Positions 33,210-37,517 of a DNA stretch of 37,517 nucleotides are shown in pieces. Under the pieces are notes generated by a model. The model saw only the letters and a program-made list of their open reading frames with translations, was not told the origin of the DNA and did not search any database. The stretch lies in NCBI RefSeq assembly GCF_024521635.1, contig NW_026250438.1, positions 248,001 through 285,517 of the forward strand, written 5' to 3'. Every line of letters begins with the position of its first letter. Position 1 is the stretch's first letter. The position numbers and the translations under genes were made by a program. This stretch comes from Tricharina praecox. Its lineage: Eukaryota.

Positions 33210-36184
33210 CTAGAAGAACCTTCCCCAGCGGCCCGCAGGACTGGGACCGACAGGGTCTTCGCCAGCGGGATGTTTTTTGCTCTTCTCGAGAGCCATCAGA
33301 CTCTCCATCTTCTCGAGCGCGAGTTCTAGCAGTTGCTTTCGCTGCTGCAGGTCAATATGCTTTCTGATCTTGGGGTCTTCTTTGGCAAACGCCTCAACCT
33401 GCTCAGGTGAGAGATGGCGGCCGAGTCTGTTGTCCAACTCTCGGGGAAACTATGGAGGGTTAGTTTGGATACCTAGGAGACGGTTGGCAACGGGAGAACA
33501 TACGTGGTAGTAAAACTCTGACAGCAACTCAACGTTGAGGAACAGCACCGCCGTCGACGTCAATTTCTCGGCCACGACGTCGAGGAAGACCTCGGGGCAA
33601 TAGTATTTGTTGGCCTTGTTGGCGCACTGCTTGCTCTTGAGAGCGTAAAGCCGCATCTTCAACAGCTCTGCGCGATCACGGAGGAACAGTGCTTCTCTGC
33701 CTTCGTTGGATGTTAGCAACCAGCCAAGTCAACTTATGGCAGAATCGGAAGACATACCCTTCTCCAACAAGCCCTGGCTGAAGCCAAAAGCCTCAGTCCC
33801 CTCCCTCATATCAACTTTCCCGCCATCGCGGACCCGATCGATGAACGCCATAGCCTGGGTCAACTTCTTCTTTCCAATGGTGACATTCATCGACTTCATA
33901 GCCTCCTCGCAAGCCTTGAGCTCGTCCTTCAGAAGCTTCTGCGCGTTGTCGCGGCTCTGCAACCATTCACGGTCTTCCATCTCGATCTCATATTTGTACG
34001 GCTTGATGCAATTTTCAACCTGGTCACTGGTTGAATAGAACCGCTCGTTGAGAATAGTGTTGGTAGCGTCCTGGATTGCCTTCTTTGCGAACGGATGCTC
34101 ACGGAACGTGGACTCGGTCACAAGCCGGTCCATGTGCTGTGCCAGCGCATTCGCAACAACGTTGGTGGCGAGTCTTCCGAATCCCATCTTCGTCAGCGAC
34201 GATGTGGAGGCATCAAGCTTGCGGTGCCAGTAGAGACTGTCGACATCGGCTTTGGGAAGCTCGGCGAGCGACTTCTCATCGAGTCTTACGCGGGTGAGGT
34301 CCTCAGGCAGAGGCTTGTTCCAGTATCGCTGGGCCAAGAAGTCGAGTACTTTCTGGTCGAGCTCGCCCTTCAGTAGCTCACGCACTTGAGGCCGTCCGAA
34401 CGACTCGGTGAAGCCCTTGAAGGAGTGCTTGAACCTATCGAGGGATTCGGCGAGATACGTTTCAGCCGTCAACGGCCGGTCATTATACTGCACTTTAAAC
34501 TCATAGGTAGCCTCTTCTAATTCCTGGTGGATAGCATCGCTGGTGCCCTGAAGGCTAGAAGCCATGGTTTGCTCCAACACGGTCATGAGCTTCTGGCGGA
34601 GGTTGATAGTGCCCACGGTGGTTCCGGCTTCCGGCGCGAACTCGGGGTGCGTGCTGAAGTACGCGTGCTCGTTCTTGCTAATGGCGCTGGTGATGTTTGC
34701 GTTCTTGCCAAAGAAGTAGCCAGTGCTGGGAGTCCGGCAAACGACACCGACATATCCGAGCCTCAGGGGGTAGTTCTTGTCCTTGAGGATCAACTGTCCC
34801 CGTTCCGGCTCGACGAGGTCCATCTTGGTGATGACACCGATAGTCCTCTCTCCGCGCGGATCGACCCGCCGGCTAGCCTTCAGAGCGGTGGAGTTGGCCA
34901 AGTCAACATCGGCAGCGGAAATGGCCAGGATGACGTTGGGCGCTTTGATGTATTTTTCACAGAGTTCGGCAATCTTGGTCTTCAGCTCAGGGGGCTGTCC
35001 TTCACCGGTTACCTGGATGTAGCCTGGCAGATCAATCAACGACAGATCTGGAACGTTCGGAGAGTAGATGTTGAGATGGATTGGATCATCCGAGACGCAG
35101 TCCGCTTCGGGCACCGCCAGGTTGAGGTCCGTGAGTGTCCTCTGGATACTGGAGAAGTCGGTCAATTTTCCGAGGCCCAGAGCAGGAAACTCGCCGTATT
35201 CCGTTGTGGAACTGGGGGTGTTCACGAGCGTCAACTCGATCGGACGGCGGGTAACCATGTTCGATCCCTTCGGCAGGAACTCGTGGCCGACAATCGCCTC
35301 CAACACCGAACTCTTTCCGGAGCTCTGCGATCCAATCACGACGATCGACGGGAGCTGCAGCGCCTGCGTCTGGCCGACCTGGGAGAGAATATTGCGAATC
35401 TCAATCATCTTCTTCGTGAGCACCATCATCTGGTCGTCCTTCGCCGCCTGCATCGGATTGCGCGTATCATCGTCTGCGCCGTAACCGAAGGCCGCAGCTG
35501 TGGCTGTGCCGGTAGCGGCCATGTACGGTTTCTTATCGCCATCGGGTCTCTTGCCATTCCCGCCTGCCCCAGCTCCACCGTTGTCGTTCTCCCCATTGCC
35601 GCCGCCCTTGTCGCCACCGAACTGCATGATCTTGTGCATCCACTCGGGCATCTCGGGCGCGCCGATGCCATCGACCCCGCTAGCGACGGTATCGTAGACT
35701 CCGCCGACCGTCTTCTTCGCGCCATCCCACGTAGTCGCGGCGATGTCGACGCCCTGATTCAGCACGCCCTTCGCATAGTTTCCAGCCTCTATCCGCACAG
35801 CATAATATCAGACAACCCTGCCGGTAGAAAGATAACCCAGAGAGATGGTAACTGACGCTCTGCTTTATACTGCACATATGCCAAACCCGCGATCGCGGCA
35901 CCGCCGAACGCCGCCGGAATCCGCGCGAACTTGAGCACCAGCTTCGGCAGAGACCTGGCAAAGCTCATCTGTCTGACCGCTAGGGCGCCAGAATTATGGT
36001 AGTAGATCTGGCCCGGCCATCTTTGACCTCTGGACTGGAGGACCGATCTGGAGCGTAGGAGACCGCCGGAAGTCGGCGGAATGGTCGAAGGAGAGGTGTA
36101 GAAGCGGCGGAGCGAAGAGATCGGGGGAGACCGTCGTGTAGTGGTCGCAAGAACGGAGCGGGACGAAAGAAGCCGTGCACTCAT
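33210..36184 (-). CDS. MGM1: Mitochondrial dynamin-like GTPase Mgm1/Msp1 (OPA1 counterpart). Exons 36184-35857, 35788-33758, 33700-33504, 33449-33210
   Basis: An Arg/Ser-rich mitochondrial presequence and hydrophobic segment are followed by the G1 motif in LPSIVVIGSQSSGKSSVLE, MVTRRPIELTL, DLPGYI, TKMD and the C-terminal FAKEDPKIRKHIDLQQRKQLLE. Introns 35856-35789, 33757-33701 and 33503-33450 keep the frame. Confidence 0.96.
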
Positions 36185-37517
36185 GGCTATGGTGTTGAGA
36201 ACTTGCACATCCACGAACGGTGATGAGTGCTTTGGTGGTGGGAGTCAAGGACTGGGTTTTGTTCGTTCAGTGAGGTGCGTTTTTGGTGAGTTGTTCCAGC
36301 TGCTGAACGTCTCTCGCCAAGCCCGAGCTATCGGTTGGGATATGGCGGGGTTATGTAAGGAATTGAAGCGGGGTGAAGTGTTTCCGTCTTCAATTTAGCA
36401 CGAGGATTTAGAGTAGGATGAACAGCTGCTGCTCAAGATATAATTGGAGCAGAGGAGGGGACGGTAATGAGGGGATGTTGCGTGTTCTACTCTGTATGGA
36501 CAACAGAGCACTCTACTGTGGATGCTCTGCTGTATGATTGCTAGCCGTGTGGGGGGAACCGTGCAGCGGGGGCATCACATCACAAGCCAGCATTCGCCGG
36601 CACAAATCACCGGCAGCTAATATCGTAGAGTACAGTAGGAATTCCACATGATACACGGTAGATGGGCGTCATCTCCAGCTTCTATGTATCCTCCAGATAC
36701 TCGTTCATCCGGACACGTCAAAAGCACCAGCCACACCATCATCACCAGCCACACTGGTCAAAAGCCACACCAAAACATGTGCCGTCGCAAAAACTGAAGA
36801 CTGTCCACACCACACATGAGTTGACGATTTTTATGCCCAGCACCCAAAATTACCCGTAATACTGCGTATCCCCACGGTTTGGTCTTATGTCGTATGCCCA
36901 TGAGCGTCGAGTGACGAACTTGAATCCTCGCTGGAATGCTGTTGATATCAACAAAGCAAATTCACCAGCAGCTTTTCCTCCTTGTTCTAGAGGTGCAGTA
37001 GCGTGAATAGGCAGTACGGCCGGTAACGGCTTGGATAAGTTGCGCCGTTTCCTGGGCGACGAATGGAGATAACCAAGTCCCCAAGTCCCTATTGGCCTAC
37101 AACCTTCCAAGTTCCAATAGAGACCAACGCTCCCTCCATAATTTCTCACTCGTATTTTGGAGTAAACCAAATAACGGCGAACACTTTGTCCTAACACTGC
37201 AGAAACCGGCTGATTCTCTTGAAATGGCATGGGATGTGCCCAGGCTCTGAGGGTGAATACGCCTAATGAAACATCATACATTGTACCAAACCCGAGTGAT
37301 ATCCGTAATCACTACGCACCAACACGCCTCGTCCACCAGTTAGAGGCCAGCGAGTAGAAAGCAAATAATAGCGTGCCCACTCACCTACACCTGTGAGTGA
37401 CGGCCATTTTGCGAAGCTCCTTCGGCACTCGTGGGGCTGGCATTCAAATTTCATGCAGGTTTTGTGTGCAGTCGTGCTGGAAGTCTGGTCACTGCCAACC
37501 CCTCATGGTTCGGTCAC

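Noticed and set aside
36662..37517. Short ORFs at the end of the window
   Set aside because: They show no recognisable motifs, codon bias or splice structure, so I cannot support a gene call.

Overview
This is eukaryotic DNA from an intron-rich filamentous ascomycete, with short GT-AG introns and CTRAC/CTAAY branch sites; the taxonomy is inferred from protein similarity and intron style. The window holds nine genes with recognisable families. They are a 5'-truncated HELLS/LSH/IRC5-type SNF2 ATPase, an SCT1/GPT2-type glycerol-3-phosphate acyltransferase, DASH subunit Ask1, WD40 protein Swd2, elongation factor 2, a 2OG-Fe(II) dioxygenase, Mkt1, an atypical SDR/Rossmann protein and the mitochondrial dynamin Mgm1. 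It also holds a decayed piggyBac-like transposon with terminal inverted repeats, an orphan gene split by a one-base frameshift, and decayed coding-like tandem repeats. The most interesting signal is missing from the ORF track: a ~170-nt box C/D RNA on the minus strand (16038-16209), inside a predicted intron of a non-coding or 3'-UTR transcript between EF2 and the dioxygenase. Its D-box guide pairs with U2 snRNA at the human Am30-equivalent site, and its D'-box guide pairs with 5.8S rRNA at the human Gm75-equivalent site. It is therefore a candidate dual guide for both a spliceosomal and a ribosomal RNA, with a long internal hairpin. All calls come from reading the sequence by eye, and target RNA sequences are recalled from memory; no searches were run.
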